From the NCBI GenBank assembly GCA_951406725.2, contig OX597828.1:25358001-25422000 (forward strand): 64,000 nucleotides of DNA, read 5' to 3'. The notes under the pieces were generated by a model. The model saw nothing but the letters and a program-made list of their open reading frames with translations. It did no database searches and was not told the DNA's origin. Shown piece after piece: positions 1 through 12,120 of this stretch. This DNA comes from Octopus vulgaris. Lineage: Eukaryota. Position 1 is the first letter of the stretch, and every line of letters starts with the position of its first letter. A program made the translations under genes and the position numbers.

Positions 1-2
1 CA

Positions 3-1316
3 GAACTTCTTGAAGAGCCTACTCCTGATGATATGCTCTCTTCTTTCCATGGGCTTGATTTCACTGTTGATTTTATCCTCCCTGAAAATCACTCCTCTGG
101 AAGCATTAAACAGGAGCTAAATCCGTCAGAATCAGCAGTGTCTCAATTTTCTTTAAATAATTCCAATTCACATTCTTTCTCTTTAGGGAACAGTCGCTTC
201 AGTCCTAAGAACTTTGAACCTGATACATCAGCTACATATTCACTTGAAGACTTTGTGACTGATGACTTACTCAGCAATTGCCATTTCTCCTTGCAGCCTT
301 CTGCAGATTTAGGCACTGAAGAACTCTCTCTTCCTGCTGCTACTAGTTCTGAGCTGCAAAATGCAGTCGACAGTATTGTAAACTTTGAAGGAACTGATAG
401 CATAGCTGTTTCTGAGTGTAGTCTGGACTCACTGGCACATAGAAATAATTTGGTATTGAACACCGAAGATGCCGTCCAGTCAATCTTAGCTGGAACAGCT
501 TCATTACACAGTTCTGAATCATCAGCTCCTACTGTTGCTATGGCCAGCACAACTACTGCTAATAATAGTAGTAGTAACAGCAGCAACAGTAACAGCAGCA
601 ACAACAACAACAACAACATCATCATTGATAACAGTCCCTCAAATAACAACAATAATAATAATAATAATAGTAATAATAATAATAACAACAACAACAGCAA
701 TAACACCTCCACAAACCTCACAACCACCACTTCTACAACCAGCATCACCACTTCCACAAGCAACACCACCACGACCAACAACAGCAACAACAACAACACA
801 GCCCCCAACAACAACAACAATGATAATGCTGATAATACCAACAATAACAATACGCAAGCAACTGTCATCTCTGCAACGCCTGTTGATTGTATCACGGACG
901 TTTCAGATGCCTACACCGATCCAAAACTGAAGCAGCAGACTGAGAATGCGGTGAACAGCATTCTCAGCCTGTCTCAAGAACCACCGATGCCCTCTGGTGG
1001 CAGTGTTGGTGACTTCTCAATAGACGGTCCACTGGATGACTACGGTAGTGGTAGCTCTCACCTCTCCTGCAATGTAGGAGGCGGTGGAGTGAGTATAGCT
1101 AGCTCTCTCGATGGCTCTGGTGCATCAGGCCTTGCTACTGCACCAGCCGGGTCAGACATTGGTACAATGGTTGCCGCAACCGCTGGGGTGCCACAAGACT
1201 TCTACTCTTCCGTTCCGGATCGGTCCTTAGATGATAGTTGTTTGGTGAGTGCCGCTGATGCTGGCATGCAAATTGAGGATGATTTAGATGCTGCTGTGCA
1301 AAGTATTCTGATGTAA
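3..1316 (+). CDS. 3'-terminal coding exon of a low-complexity, acidic, Asn/Ser/Thr-rich protein; possibly BICRA/GLTSCR1 family (5' end outside window)
   Basis: Frame is open from position 3 (ELLEEPTPDDM...) through ATG 33 to TAA 1314-1316. CAG at 1-3 could be a splice acceptor. Complex coding sequence flanks a poly-Asn/Thr tract, and composition drops sharply to AT-rich UTR after the stop. Four AVxSI[LV] motifs, the last at the C-terminus (DAAVQSILM*). The family call rests only on recalled motif similarity. Confidence 0.8.
   Translation, partial: ELLEEPTPDDMLSSFHGLDFTVDFILPENHSSGSIKQELNPSESAVSQFSLNNSNSHSFSLGNSRFSPKNFEPDTSATYSLEDFVTDDLLSNCHFSLQPSADLGTEELSLPAATSSELQNAVDSIVNFEGTDSIAVSECSLDSLAHRNNLVLNTEDAVQSILAGTASLHSSESSAPTVAMASTTTANNSSSNSSNSNSSNNNNNNIIIDNSPSNNNNNNNNNSNNNNNNNNSNNTSTNLTTTTSTTSITTSTSNTTTTNNSNNNNTAPNNNNNDNADNTNNNNTQATVISATPVDCITDVSDAYTDPKLKQQTENAVNSILSLSQEPPMPSGGSVGDFSIDGPLDDYGSGSSHLSCNVGGGGVSIASSLDGSGASGLATAPAGSDIGTMVAATAGVPQDFYSSVPDRSLDDSCLVSAADAGMQIEDDLDAAVQSILM
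560..850 (+). repeat. Coding AAT/AAC/AGC/ACC trinucleotide tract (poly-Asn/Ser/Thr)
   Basis: Runs such as aacaacaac and aataataat in frame with the exon. Confidence 0.9.
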
Positions 1317-1844
1317 TAATAATCAATAAGGATAGTGAAGAAACAAAACAAAACAAAACAACAACAAAAATAATAATACCGGATTAAGAAATGGGAGAAA
1401 TTTGACAAAATAAACAAATAAGTAGATGGGAGGAAAATGACTGATGTTTTTTTTTCTCTTACTGAACATCAGGTATTGAAAAATGTTAATGATATTCGTA
1501 TGGAAGTATATGAAATTGAAGTGTAAACATATATTTTTTATTTGAAGACTGAGCAATTTGCTGGACAGAACTAGACATTTTGTTGAGAACTCAACTACAA
1601 CTGAATTACACACAAACATAAAAATACTTGTTAAAAAATTGTTTTCCCTTCTCAATTCCTTTCTCTCTCTCTCTCTCTCTCAACATATTTTGCCTCCTCC
1701 TCTCTCTCTATCTTTGTTTATATCCTCTTATTTCTCACTCCATCTCTCTCTCTCTCTCTCTCTCTCCTGATTCTCTCATTTATTCACCTTGATGTTATAA
1801 TGACTGTAATGTGATCATTGTAAACTCTATAACATATCATTTCC

Positions 1845-1850
1845 AATAAA
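1845..1850 (+). promoter_or_regulatory. Candidate polyadenylation signal AATAAA (one of several between 1409 and ~2250)
   Basis: AATAAA downstream of the stop; which copy is used cannot be told from DNA. Confidence 0.25.
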
Positions 1851-2529
1851 TGACCATTATTCAAAGACAAAAAAGACAAGGAATTCATTATAGATTTTCT
1901 TCCTTCTCCCATTTCCCCTGCCTTTCCAATATTTCAAATATCCTTTACCCTCCGCCCACCCATGTCTCAGCCCATATCCCCCATATATTTGTAAATACAT
2001 TACATGTCTTAACATACACTCTTGTCAATGTGTATGTGTATACATACATATATATATATATATAAAACATATAATATGTATATAGCATTATTATTATTAT
2101 TATTATATTATTATTATTATTATTATCATCATCTCAAAAAAAGATTTTTTTGGGGCTCCTTAAAATAAAAAAGAAAAGCCCAAGAGCTCATCCTTTCCTC
2201 ATGCGGTACAGCATTAAAAAGAAAGTAAAAATGAAATAAAAATAAAAATACAATTAAAAAAAAAAACAAATGCCTTCTTTTGGCAATTTATTGTTTGCTC
2301 AGCTATTATCTATTTCTAATACTATATGTATGTATGGCATTATTCAGTTTTATTTCAAGATTTCTTCCCAGTAGAGAAAGAGCTGGTTTCTAACCTATAC
2401 CCAAGGCTCCTTCATAGGAATTTCAACAACATCAACAGGATATTTTTATGTGCAAATTTGTTTTGTTTTATGTATGTATTCTCATGCCTATATTGCATGT
2501 CTAGACATGTTCATATATATTTGAATGAT

Positions 2530-3030
2530 AAACTTCTGGACAGTTTTACAGATTTCTACAGTTCCAGTGATGGCTTCAATCTGTAATCTTTGAATCAACT
2601 TTCTCCTTTCTGCTTTTGAGAAGCCCAATTTCTCAAGATTGGTATTTAGGCAACATATCCCAGTGCCCCAATAATTACAGGTATAAATCTGAACTTGTAA
2701 TCGGGGTAAAGTAACAGTAGATTTCTCAATAGTTCTGCATTGGCATTTTCTCTATATTAACATCCACTGGGCAGCTGATTTCCACAACTGTACACAGTTT
2801 CTCTTCTCAATCCCAAATCACAATATCTGGTCTATTATATTTTATTGAGGTTTTCACTGAGACATTCCACCAGTTCTCCTTCTTGTTACGAGAAGCTATG
2901 ACTTACACCATACTGTGGGTTCTTATTTCTTAGGCTTCAGGATTATCCTTCTGACGCATCCCATTGCAAGTGTCTTAGCCTTCGGACAACTGCTTCCGAT
3001 GTGGGTGATGTCTTCAGTGTGAATTCCATA
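2530..3030 (-). mobile_element. Decayed RLE-type non-LTR retrotransposon 3' fragment (R4/Dong-like)
   Basis: Minus strand reads RPDIVIWD*EEKLCTVVEISCPVDVN...ELLRNLLLLYPDYKFRFIPVIIGALG, a PD..(D/E) restriction-like endonuclease; paralogous to 15640-16420. Confidence 0.75.
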
Positions 3031-3404
3031 TGTATGTATTAGTGTCGGTTTAGAATTAATTTCCTGTTACTACAACAGCAAAAAAAAAAAAAAAAAAAAA
3101 ACCCTGTTGTAATTTTTGTTTCTAAAATTATTGTTTTCCTTTCTCTCTCCCTATTTTTGCCATATCGTCTTTGTTTTATTTATTTTAATCTATCAATTTT
3201 CTTAAAGACAGCATCATTAGCACAAAATGCTTAGTGGTATTTCTTTTAGCTGTTTACACTCTGTGTTCAAATCCTGCCAAGGTATCCTTTTGGGGTGAAT
3301 AAAATAGGTATAAGTTGAGTACAGGTGTCAGTGTAATCGACTAGTCCCTCCAGCCAAATTTCAGGCCTTCTGCCTATATTAGAAATGATTGTTATTCTTA
3401 ATAT

Positions 3405-3745
3405 TATTTACGGCCGGTGCACAACGTCTTACGGAGGCAATGTAACCGACACCGGCGTCGCGTAACTAGCACCTGTGTCGGTGACACGTAAAAGGCACCT
3501 TTCGAGCATTGTGTCTCACGGAGGCAATGTAAAATGACAGATACCTTAACTGGCACCCGTGCCAGTAGTACGTAAAAGCACCCGTTACACTCGGAATGGT
3601 TGGCGTTAGGAAGGGCATCCAGCCGTAGAAACCATGCCAAATCAGGCTGGAGTCTGGTGCAGCCCCTCAGTTTGCTAGCCCTGGTCAAACCGTCCAACTC
3701 ATGCCAGCATGGACAACAGACATTAAATGATGATGATGATGATGA
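3405..3745 (+). mobile_element. SINE/RTE-type 3' tail element ending in (GAT)n
   Basis: gttggcgttaggaagggcatccagc...catgccagcatgg...(gat)n; second copy at 7928-8103. Confidence 0.7.
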
Positions 3746-3749
3746 TTCT

Positions 3750-3965
3750 GGTCGGCATACTGACAGAATTGTTACTATGCCAGACAAAATGCTTAATGGC
3801 ATTTCGTCCGTCTTCATGTTCTGAGTTCAAATTCCGCCAAGGTTGACTTTACCTTTCATCGTTTTGGGGTCGATAAAATAAGTACCAGTTGGGTATGGGG
3901 TCGATGTAATCGACTTACTCTCTCCCCTGAAATTTTGGCCTTGTGCCAAAACTTGAAACCAACAT
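3750..3965 (+). mobile_element. SINE family B, diverged copy (others at ~3210-3390, 4355-4520, 12765-12930, 24085-24250, 24290-24490, 26078-26295)
   Basis: ttctgagttcaaattccgccaaggttgactttacctttcatc...ggggtcgataaaataagtaccag core. Confidence 0.7.
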
Positions 3966-4585
3966 TATTCTGTTCAGAGTGGTTGAGTGGTAGAATCAGG
4001 AGAGCATTAAACATAAAGCCTTGTGATAGTAGATAGTTAACTTCTTTTATCATCTGCATTCAAATCCTCTCAGAGTTAACGTTGCCTTTTATTCTATCAG
4101 GGTTGACAGTAAATTAATAAATAATAATAATAATAAAAAAGCTGTCAGTTTAATCGACTAACACTTCTCCCCGAATTTCTTAGCTTGCACTTTGTCCTTA
4201 GCCATGTTGTTCTGTGTTCTGATACCATCAATGTTATGTCTGCCTTTCAACACTCTAACGTTGAGAAAGTAAAGTCATGAACTGCTGGTTATTTTATCAA
4301 GTAAACTCTTCACCTTCACCGAAAGATTCGTTATTATAAAAGGCGCAAAACTCCCAGAATCGTTTGTATGCATGCCAGACAAAATGTTTAGCAGCATTTT
4401 GTCTGCTTTTTACGTTCTGAGTTCAAATTCCACCAAGGCTGACTTTATCTTTCATCCTTTCGGGGTTGAGTACTGAGGTCGATGTAATCGACTACCCCAC
4501 TCCCCTATAATAGAAAGGATTATTATTATTATTATTAAGGCGGCTAGCTGGTAGAATCGTCAGCATGCTGGACGAAATGCTTAGT

Positions 4586-4840
4586 ATACTCAGAACGTAG
4601 CGGCAGACGAAATACCTATTTCTTTACTACTCACAAGGGACTAAACACAGAGAGGACAGACAAACAGAGATTAAGTCGATTATATCGACCCCGGTGCGTA
4701 ACTGGTACTTATTTAATCGACCCCGAAAGGATGAAAGGTAAAGTCGACCTCGGCGGGATTTGAACTCAGAATGTAGCGGCAGACGAAATACCACTAAGCA
4801 TTTCGCTCGGCGTGCTAACGATTCTGCCAGCTCACTGCCT
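4586..4840 (-). mobile_element. SINE family B (tRNA-like head, Meta/MESC-like core)
   Basis: Reverse complement: gagctggcagaatcgttagcacgccgagcgaaatgcttagtggtatttcgtctgc...gttcaaatcc...ctttcatcctttcggggtcga; a + strand head fragment sits at 4538-4585. Confidence 0.8.
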
Positions 4841-5169
4841 CAAGAGTCATAAATATTGCCAAGTGTAATGGTGCAAGACCGACAGTAACCTTTTGATCGG
4901 TTCTATGCCATTACCAAAAGTATACAAGACAATATGGAAATGGAAATAATTGTTCTTATTGCTTGTGCTTTCTTCTGACTTTTGGACAATTGCATGGAAC
5001 TGTATAGTTCCAGGCAAGTTTGCTTTGTGGTTTTGTGGTGAAGATGTTTGCTTTGCTTCCACGTGGTTTCAGGATCGATGAGCACGTTGTCTTGTACTAC
5101 AACCCCAGGCAACAAATAGTTTCTGAGTTTATTTTGATGGCAGAAACTTTGCAGACGGTCTGTGTGTGT

Positions 5170-5490
5170 GTGTGCACCTTGGGCAAGTGTCTTCTACTAT
5201 AGCCTCAGGTCGACCAAAGCCTTGTGAGTGGATTTGGTTGACGGAAACTGAAAGAAGCCCGTCGTATATATGTATATATATGTGTGTGTGTGTTTGCCCC
5301 CCCCCCCCATAACATCGCTTGACAACCGATGCTGGTGTGTTTACGTCCCCGTAACTTAGCGGTTCGGCCAAAGAGACCGATAGAATAAGTACTAGGCTTA
5401 CAAAGAATAAGTCCTGGGGTTCGATTTCCTCGACTAAAGGCGGTGCTCCAGCATGGACGCAGTCAAATGACTGAAGCAAGTAAAAGAGTA
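5170..5490 (+). mobile_element. SINE family A, 5'-truncated
   Basis: caccttgggcaagtgtcttc CORE-like segment, internal (TG)n, tail ggcggtgctccagcatgg..cagtcaaatgactg. Confidence 0.85.
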
Positions 5491-5984
5491 TGTTACCATT
5501 TGAAGTTTATGTCCCTGTACCTTAGTGGCATGGCAAAAATAAATATACATAAATAAAATATATATAAAAAAAGGAGACCATTAGAATAGGTACCTGACTT
5601 AAAGGTAACTGCAGTCGATTTGATTGACCAAAACTTATCAAGGGTGTGCGCTAACATGGCTACAGTCCAAATGTTTTGTGCGTGTAAATCGCCATACACC
5701 CATGCATTGGTGTATGGCGATGTTGAAAGCAAAACTTCAAAGGCACTCAAATGTTTGTAACGAGAAACTAAATAGAAAGACAGATATCGGGAGCAAATAA
5801 AGTGTATAGTTTGTATATTAGTATTACTGCTGTGAAAGAGTTAAAACAAAAGAAGGTAAGCAAGTGTGCGCGTGCATTCTTGTTCTATCAAAGCTCGGGT
5901 CTTTGAGTCATTAGCATAGCTTCACGGCTTATGAATAAAGAATTACATGCATACGTAAATATATCTGTATATATGTTATTATAC

Positions 5985-6357
5985 AGGCACAGGAGTGGTT
6001 GTGTGTTAAATAGCTTGCTTACCAACCACATGGTTCCGGGTTCAGTCCCACTGCGTGGCACCTTGGGCAAGTGTCTTCTACTATAGCCTCGGGCCGACCA
6101 AAGCCTTGTGAGTGGATTTGGTAGAAGGAAACGAAGAAGCCCGTCGTATGTATGTATGTGTGTCTGTGTTTGTCCCCCCACCATTGCTTGACAACTGATG
6201 CTGGTGTGTTTACGTCCCCGTAACTTAGCAGTTCAGCAAAAGAGACCGATAGGATATGTACTAAGCTTGCAAAGAATAAATCTTGGGGTAGATTTTCTCG
6301 ACTAATGGCGGCGCTCCAGCATGGCCGCAGTCAAATGACTGAAACAAATAAAAGAAT
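5985..6357 (+). mobile_element. SINE family A, full length (tRNA head, CORE-like segment, LINE-derived tail)
   Basis: Head with B-box-like ggttcagtccc, ccttgggcaagt, tail ctccagcatggccgcagtcaaatgactgaaac; highly similar to 52251-52683. Confidence 0.9.
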
Positions 6358-6934
6358 GTGTGTGTATCTATATCGGAGGCGCATGGCTTAGTGGCTAGGA
6401 TGTTGAACTTATGATCGCAAGATTGTCGTTTCAACTCCTGAACGCTTCTTTTCGCGTTTTGGTCCAGTTCACAAATGAGAAATCATGCGAGAGGAACGTA
6501 TACGCCAGAGAAACCGTGAAACCGGCCTAATGCTCTTCACGGAGAAATGTGAACTAACCATATGTATGGGTATATGTTTTTGTCCTCATGCTTTTGTCTG
6601 CTTTCCAAGCTAGCATAGACTCCACTTATTTAAACGGGTTGGAGGACTATATCTCGCTCAAGTATTTCAATATTACATTGATTTCTACAGCTGGATGCCT
6701 TTTCTAACATCAACCTCTTTTCAGAGTGTTCTTTTCTGTTTGAAAACAATTGCAGCGTGGAAGGTGTCTATAAGCCATTTAAGAAACACACAAAAACCGC
6801 TAGATTCACTTCAACATTTAAATTTAATTCGCCAAAATATTTTCGTCGCTCAGATCAGGTCACTTGCTATGCAAGTACACCTCCGTAAAACTTTTCTTTT
6901 TGTTTTAGGTGAAAGTGCTACAGAAGTTATCGAC

Positions 6935-6997
6935 AGAGGTTGACCAGAGATGAAAGACCATAAGGGTCTTATGGTCTTTTATTTCTGGTCAACCTCT
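6935..6997. repeat. 63-bp hairpin, 30-bp arms
   Basis: agaggttgaccagagatgaaagaccataag-ggt-cttatggtcttttatttctggtcaacctct. Confidence 0.9.
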
Positions 6998-7061
6998 CTA
7001 CCAATTGAAAGGCATGAGATAGTTATGAATATTATTGATGTTCTCAGTATTATTGTGAAAG

Positions 7062-7318
7062 TGGAGGCGCAATGGCCCACTGGTTAGGGCAGCGGACTCG
7101 CGGTTTCGATTCCCAGACCGGGCGTTGTGAGTGTTTATTGAGCGAAAACACCTAAAGCTCTTGTCACTCTCTGTGTCACGCTGAATATCCCCGAGAACTA
7201 CGTTAAGGGTACACGTGTCTGTGGAGTGCTCAGCCACTTACACGTTAATTTCACGAGCAGGCTGTTCCGTTGATTCGGATCAACCGGAACCCTCGTCGTC
7301 GTAACCGACGGAGTGCTT
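7062..7318 (+). mobile_element. SINE family C (tRNA-derived head), internally deleted
   Basis: ggaggcgcaatggccc..tggttagggcagcggactcgcggtttcgattccc; tail shared with 11738-12120. Confidence 0.85.
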
Positions 7319-7927
7319 CCACATTATTGTGAGAAAGGTGTTTATAATCAAGAGAATATGTCCAACAAGATGGAAAGTGACATGATCCAAGAAATCGAAT
7401 AATGCAAACCGAAAATGCGGGGGAGAAAAGGCTGCATAAGAGTCTGGTGACAGAGTGAAATGGGATGATGATGACAGGAAGTGGAGAAGGGCAAGGTGAG
7501 AGTGTACTGGGCTCAGCTGGTCGTGTGTAGTGGTAAAAGAAGGGAATGGGTGATGGGGGAGTTCGGTTTCACCAGCCACCTTGGCCCAATCTATCCCTTT
7601 CCTCACTACAGCCTCCACCACTGGTATGGTGGAAGACACTTGCCCAAGGTGCCACGCAGTGGGACTGAACCCGGAACCATGTTGTTGGTAAGCAAGCTGC
7701 TTAACTTTGAAGTCGAGTGACGGTGATGACGGTAGGGAATGGAAAGTAGACAGGTCCCGTGTTGAATGGCTTGAGTGATAGGAGGCAAGTTGTAAAGGCA
7801 TGAGTGACAGGGAAGTGAATGATAATGAAGGGGGAGGGTGCCAAAGAGTGACAAGGGGAGCAATGGTAGTAGACTTAGCGGTGCAGATATTTTCAGTCGA
7901 CATCACTAACATTATTTTTGTGACTTC

Positions 7928-8103
7928 CACGTAAAAAGCACCCACTACACTCATGGAGTGGTTGGCGTTAGGAAGGGCATCCAGCTGTAGAAACATTGCC
8001 AGATAAGACTGGAGCCTGGTGCAGCCTTCTGGCTTCCCAGATCCCCGGTCGAACCGTCCAACCCATGCTAGCATGGAGAACGGACGTTAAACGATGATGA
8101 TGA
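7928..8103 (+). mobile_element. SINE/RTE-type tail element ending in (GAT)n
   Basis: Homologous to 3568-3745. Confidence 0.75.
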
Positions 8104-8109
8104 TTTCAC

Positions 8110-9795
8110 CATGCTTGCTGTGCCGAGGAGAGGTGGTGATGGATCTTATGAGCTGAGCTTTCTTCCAGTCAACATGATTTTGTCATCTCCATGAAATGCA
8201 ACGTCTTGAAACCAGTTTTCGCTATTTTGTCTCATGTTTTTCTTGATCTTCTTGCACAGGTATCATTCACTTCAAATGTCTGCCACTTCTTAAAAAGCTG
8301 TCATCTTCCATATGCACCGTGTGTCTATACCTTCGCAGCCTTCTCTTTTGCACCCGCTTGGTTCTTATAGTTTTCTCTCACTTCTCTAATACTCTACCAG
8401 TATGCCAGCGTAACATACCCCGCAAAATATGCTTACTTCATTCCTCAACATTCAAGGCCCATATCTCACTACCTATTTCTTTACTACCCACAAGGGGCTA
8501 AATACAGAGAGGACAAACAAGGACAGACAAACGGATTAAGTCGATTACATCGACCCCAGTGAGTAACTGGTACTTATTTAATCGACCCCGAAAGGATGAA
8601 TGGCAAAGTCGACCTCGGCGGAATTTGAACTCAAAACGTAAAGACAGACGAAATACCTATTTCTTTACTACCCACAAGGGGCTAAACACAGAGAGGACAA
8701 ACGAGGACAGACAAACGGATTAAGTCGATTACATCGACCCCAGTGCGTAACTGGTACTTATTTAATCGACCCCGAATGGATGAATGGCAAAGTCGACCTC
8801 GGCGGAATTTGAACTCAAAACGTAAAGACAGACGAAATACCTATTTCTTTACTACCCACAAGGGGCTAAACACAGAGAGGACAAACGAGGACAGACAAAC
8901 GGATTAAGTCGATTACATCGACCCCAGTGCGTAACTGGTACTTATTTAATCGACCCCGAATGGATGAAAGGCAAAGTCGACCTTGGCGGAATTTGAACTC
9001 AGAACGTAAAGACAGATGAAATACCTATTTATTTACTACCCACAAGGGGCCAAACACAGAGAGGACAAACAAGGACAGACAAACGGATTAAGTCGATTAT
9101 ATCGACCCCAGTGCGTAACTGGTACTTATTTAATCGACCCCGAAAGGATGAAAGGCAAAGTCGACCGCGGCGGAATTTGAACTCAGAACGTAACGGCAGA
9201 CGAAATACGGCTACGCATTTCGCCCGGCGTGCTATAACGTTTCTGCCAGCTCGCCGCCTTATCCACCATACTGAATTGCACCGTGCGCTTACATGCATCA
9301 TATAATCTCTTAGAGAGAAGCCTTTTCATTGCCAGCAGAGGTAATACGTACCCTGGACTATTTCCAACCCATTCTTACTCTAGCTATTTTGTTCTCCGAA
9401 AACCTTACAGCAATGCAGTCACCAGGGTATCAGAATCTACCATTTAGATCTAGGGTGACTTATGGTCATTCAATTGTATCTATTTCCTATGAGCTGTTAC
9501 GCCTCCCACGAGTGAAGTGTAACTTCCTCTGTTAGCTTGCCTTGAATCTCACTGCATCTAATGTGTTCATAATTTACACAGTGCACTGGACAGAATTCTT
9601 ACCTTCTTTCCTGTACACTGAAAATGGCCGCTTCCCTGATGTTAGTAGGATCTTATTTTCTCAACTAAGCTAACTTTGAGGCCTCACAGTATCAGATTAT
9701 GTTTCCACATCTGGAATGTCCTTTCTAAATCCTCTGCTTATTCCAGTGTAGGAACTCTCTCAACAGGCCGCCAGCCTCCAACTTTTGGTAGCAGT
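8110..9795 (-). mobile_element. Decayed RTE-clade LINE, 3' part (late RT, Cys/His finger, thumb), interrupted by a SINE-B array
   Basis: Minus strand: EDLERTFQMWKHNLIL*GLKVSL; NSVQCT.CKL.TH.RCSEIQGKL Cys/His cluster; RRYRHTVHMEDDS resembling the LRWYGHV.RM motif. Confidence 0.6.
8470..9260 (-). mobile_element. Tandem SINE-B array: one head plus four ~181-bp bodies
   Basis: Unit tacctatttctttactacccacaaggggctaaacacagagaggac...gaactcaaaacgtaaagacagacgaaa repeated 4 times; head only at the right end. Confidence 0.92.
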
Positions 9796-9819
9796 ATTCT
9801 TGCTCATACAGTGAAAAGA

Positions 9820-10540
9820 AAGAGGCATGAGAATGCTATTATGATAGGCTGTTGAATAAGGATAATGTATAGGCGAGAGGGTTTACCCCAAATAGAAGCA
9901 ACAGAGGGACCACCAATTCAAATTGGCAGTAGCATGATAGATTTGGAGATTAAGGATATGAAGGCAGGGAAAATACCTGGTTCATCAGGAATCACTGCTG
10001 GAAGGTCACGTACATGTTTAAATCAAGTAGACCCAGAGGACGTCACGCCTAATGACTGGCATGGCAGTATCATCATCAACTTCTACACAGACAAAAGTAA
10101 CACCGGAGAAGGAAACGATGGATGTATTAAAACTGTTGGACCAGGTAATGAAGGTTGCAGAAAAGAGTTACAGCACCACTGATCAGGAGAAGTGTCAGCA
10201 TAAACGTCATCCGGTTTAGTTTTATGCCAGAAAGAAATTTTACTAATGATATCTTCCTAGTGAGACAACTCTAGAAGTATCTAGTCAGGAATAAGCTCCT
10301 GTATCTAGTTTTTGCTGTCCTAAAGAAAACTGTTGATCGGGTTCTCCTCTTTGAGATCTAGTGGTTACTGAGGAAGCTTGGAGTAGATGAATGGCTTGTG
10401 AGAACCGTACAAGCGGTACAAAGAGGTGAGCATTAGTAAGTATTAGTCACAAGTATAGTGATGAATTTAACGTGAAGGCTGGAGTACACCAGGGCTCAAT
10501 CCTTTGGCCCTGTTCTTTTCATTGTAGTCTTCCAATAAAG
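9820..10540 (+). mobile_element. Decayed RTE-clade LINE reverse transcriptase, early domains
   Basis: IKDMKAGKIPGSSGITA...PNDWHGSIIINFY...LLDQVMKV...IFLVRQL...LRKLGVDEWLVRTVQ...GVHQGS. Confidence 0.8.
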
Positions 10541-11737
10541 AATAAAGGATTCCGTAGATTGTAAATGTAGAGTGATAATTCTTTTCCCTCTGTGTGTGTG
10601 TGTGTAACTGGGTCATCCCATAAATAATGCGGTTTTTAATACTTCTTTTATTTTAAAAAATTGTAATAAGAAACTGACCCCAGGACTTATTCTTTGTAAG
10701 GCTAGTAATTATTGTATCAGTCTCTTTTACCGAACTGCTAAGTTATGGGGCACGTAAACACACTAACATCGATTGTCATGCGATGGTGGTGATGGGGGGG
10801 GGGACAAACACATACACACACACACACACACACACACGCACAGAGAGTTATGGCTTATTGTTGTTGACTCCAATTTTTTCAATTGTGAAGGAAAACCTGA
10901 AGAAGCTAGATATGAACAAAAGTGATTGGGAAATGATGCCCTAGATTGAAACAAGTGGAGCGGTGCCAAGCCTTGGAGGAATAGATGATTCAGCACTCTG
11001 AACTTAAAAGGGCCTGATGCAAAGGAACAATTGGAACTGTAATCAGCAGTGAACATTGGATATGTATTATATGTGACCGTGTTCTGTTGTCAAAAGCAGG
11101 ATATGTGAATCATGCGAAGTCACATAGTTTCGTGTTGAAGGACGATGCCGGTAGCAGCGACTGCAACAACGAAAAGTGGCCGAGCAAGGAGTAGCGGAGA
11201 GGGGACAAACAAGGAACGTATGCGACCATTCAAAGGACAGTGTTTCCGGAGTCAGGGCCCGCACGTCACCCAAGCCTGAGTTCATTTGCTACCGGTGTCG
11301 AGAAACACAGACATAGCCAGCGAATGTCTGTGGGGGAAACGGTCTAAGGGAGACTACTGCGCTGGTAGTTATCCCTTCGGATCAATAGAGGCGTGTTTAT
11401 TGTTACATGTAGTCGACATTATACAAACAAAAAAGGCCTTGTGGCCCTAAGACGAGACTGATACATGGGCAACACACGGAAAATATCCTGTTAGACTGGA
11501 AACGAAATGAGACGAGATAAAAAGAAAACTCGGTGAAAAAACAAACCGTGTTAAAAGTAGAACAGATGAGAGAAACGTCGTCAGACGTAAAAAGGAAATG
11601 GAGAAGAGAGGTGAGAATAGCCACGGGTCACGTGGGAGGAGAGAGAGGAAAAGTGATAGAGGGCGGAGTGACAGAAAACAACGGAGAGGAAAGAGGGCGA
11701 AGAGAGAGAGAGAGAGATCGTATAAAGTAGGAGTAGG

Positions 11738-12120
11738 AGCACTCCGTCGGTTGCGACGATGAGGGTCCCAGCTGATACGATCAACGGAACAGCTTGCTCG
11801 TGATATTAACGTGCAAGTGGCTGAGCACTCCACAGACACGTGTACCCTTAACGTAGTTCTCGGGGAGAATCAGCGTGACACAGAGTGTGACAAGGCTGGC
11901 CCTTTGAAATACAGGTACAAGAGAAACAAGAAGAAAGAGCGAGAGAAAGTTGTGGTGAAAGAGTACAGCAGGGTTCACCACCCACCCACCCCTTCCAGAG
12001 CCTCGTGGAGCTTTATGTGTTTTCGCTCAATAAACACTCACAATGCCCGGTCTGGGAATCGAAACCGCGATCCTCCGACCGTGAGTCCGCTGCCCTAACC
12101 ACTGGGCCATTGCGCCTCCA
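11738..12120 (-). mobile_element. SINE family C, full length
   Basis: Reverse complement starts tggaggcgcaatggcccagtggttagggcagcggac; tail identical in type to 7150-7318. Confidence 0.9.

Noticed and set aside
143-895. 250-aa Leu/Val-rich ORF on the minus strand
   Set aside because: Antisense shadow of the AAC/AAT codon repeats in the real exon
4850-5130. Possible piggyBac-like or exon remnant
   Set aside because: Only scattered Trp-containing words; no continuous alignable frame
5985-6060. tRNA genes at SINE heads (also 7062, 12050-12120, 52251)
   Set aside because: Promoter-like boxes are present but no convincing cloverleaf, and they continue into SINE bodies
8470-9260. CRISPR-like or retrozyme-like tandem array
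   Set aside because: No unique spacers and no hammerhead core found in the unit; units are SINE bodies in eukaryotic DNA
11070-11720. GC-richer non-repetitive segment with a small hairpin (~11346-11376); similar unexplained segments at 18500-18780 and 29050-29420
   Set aside because: No recognisable ORF, termini, TSD or RNA motif; left unannotated
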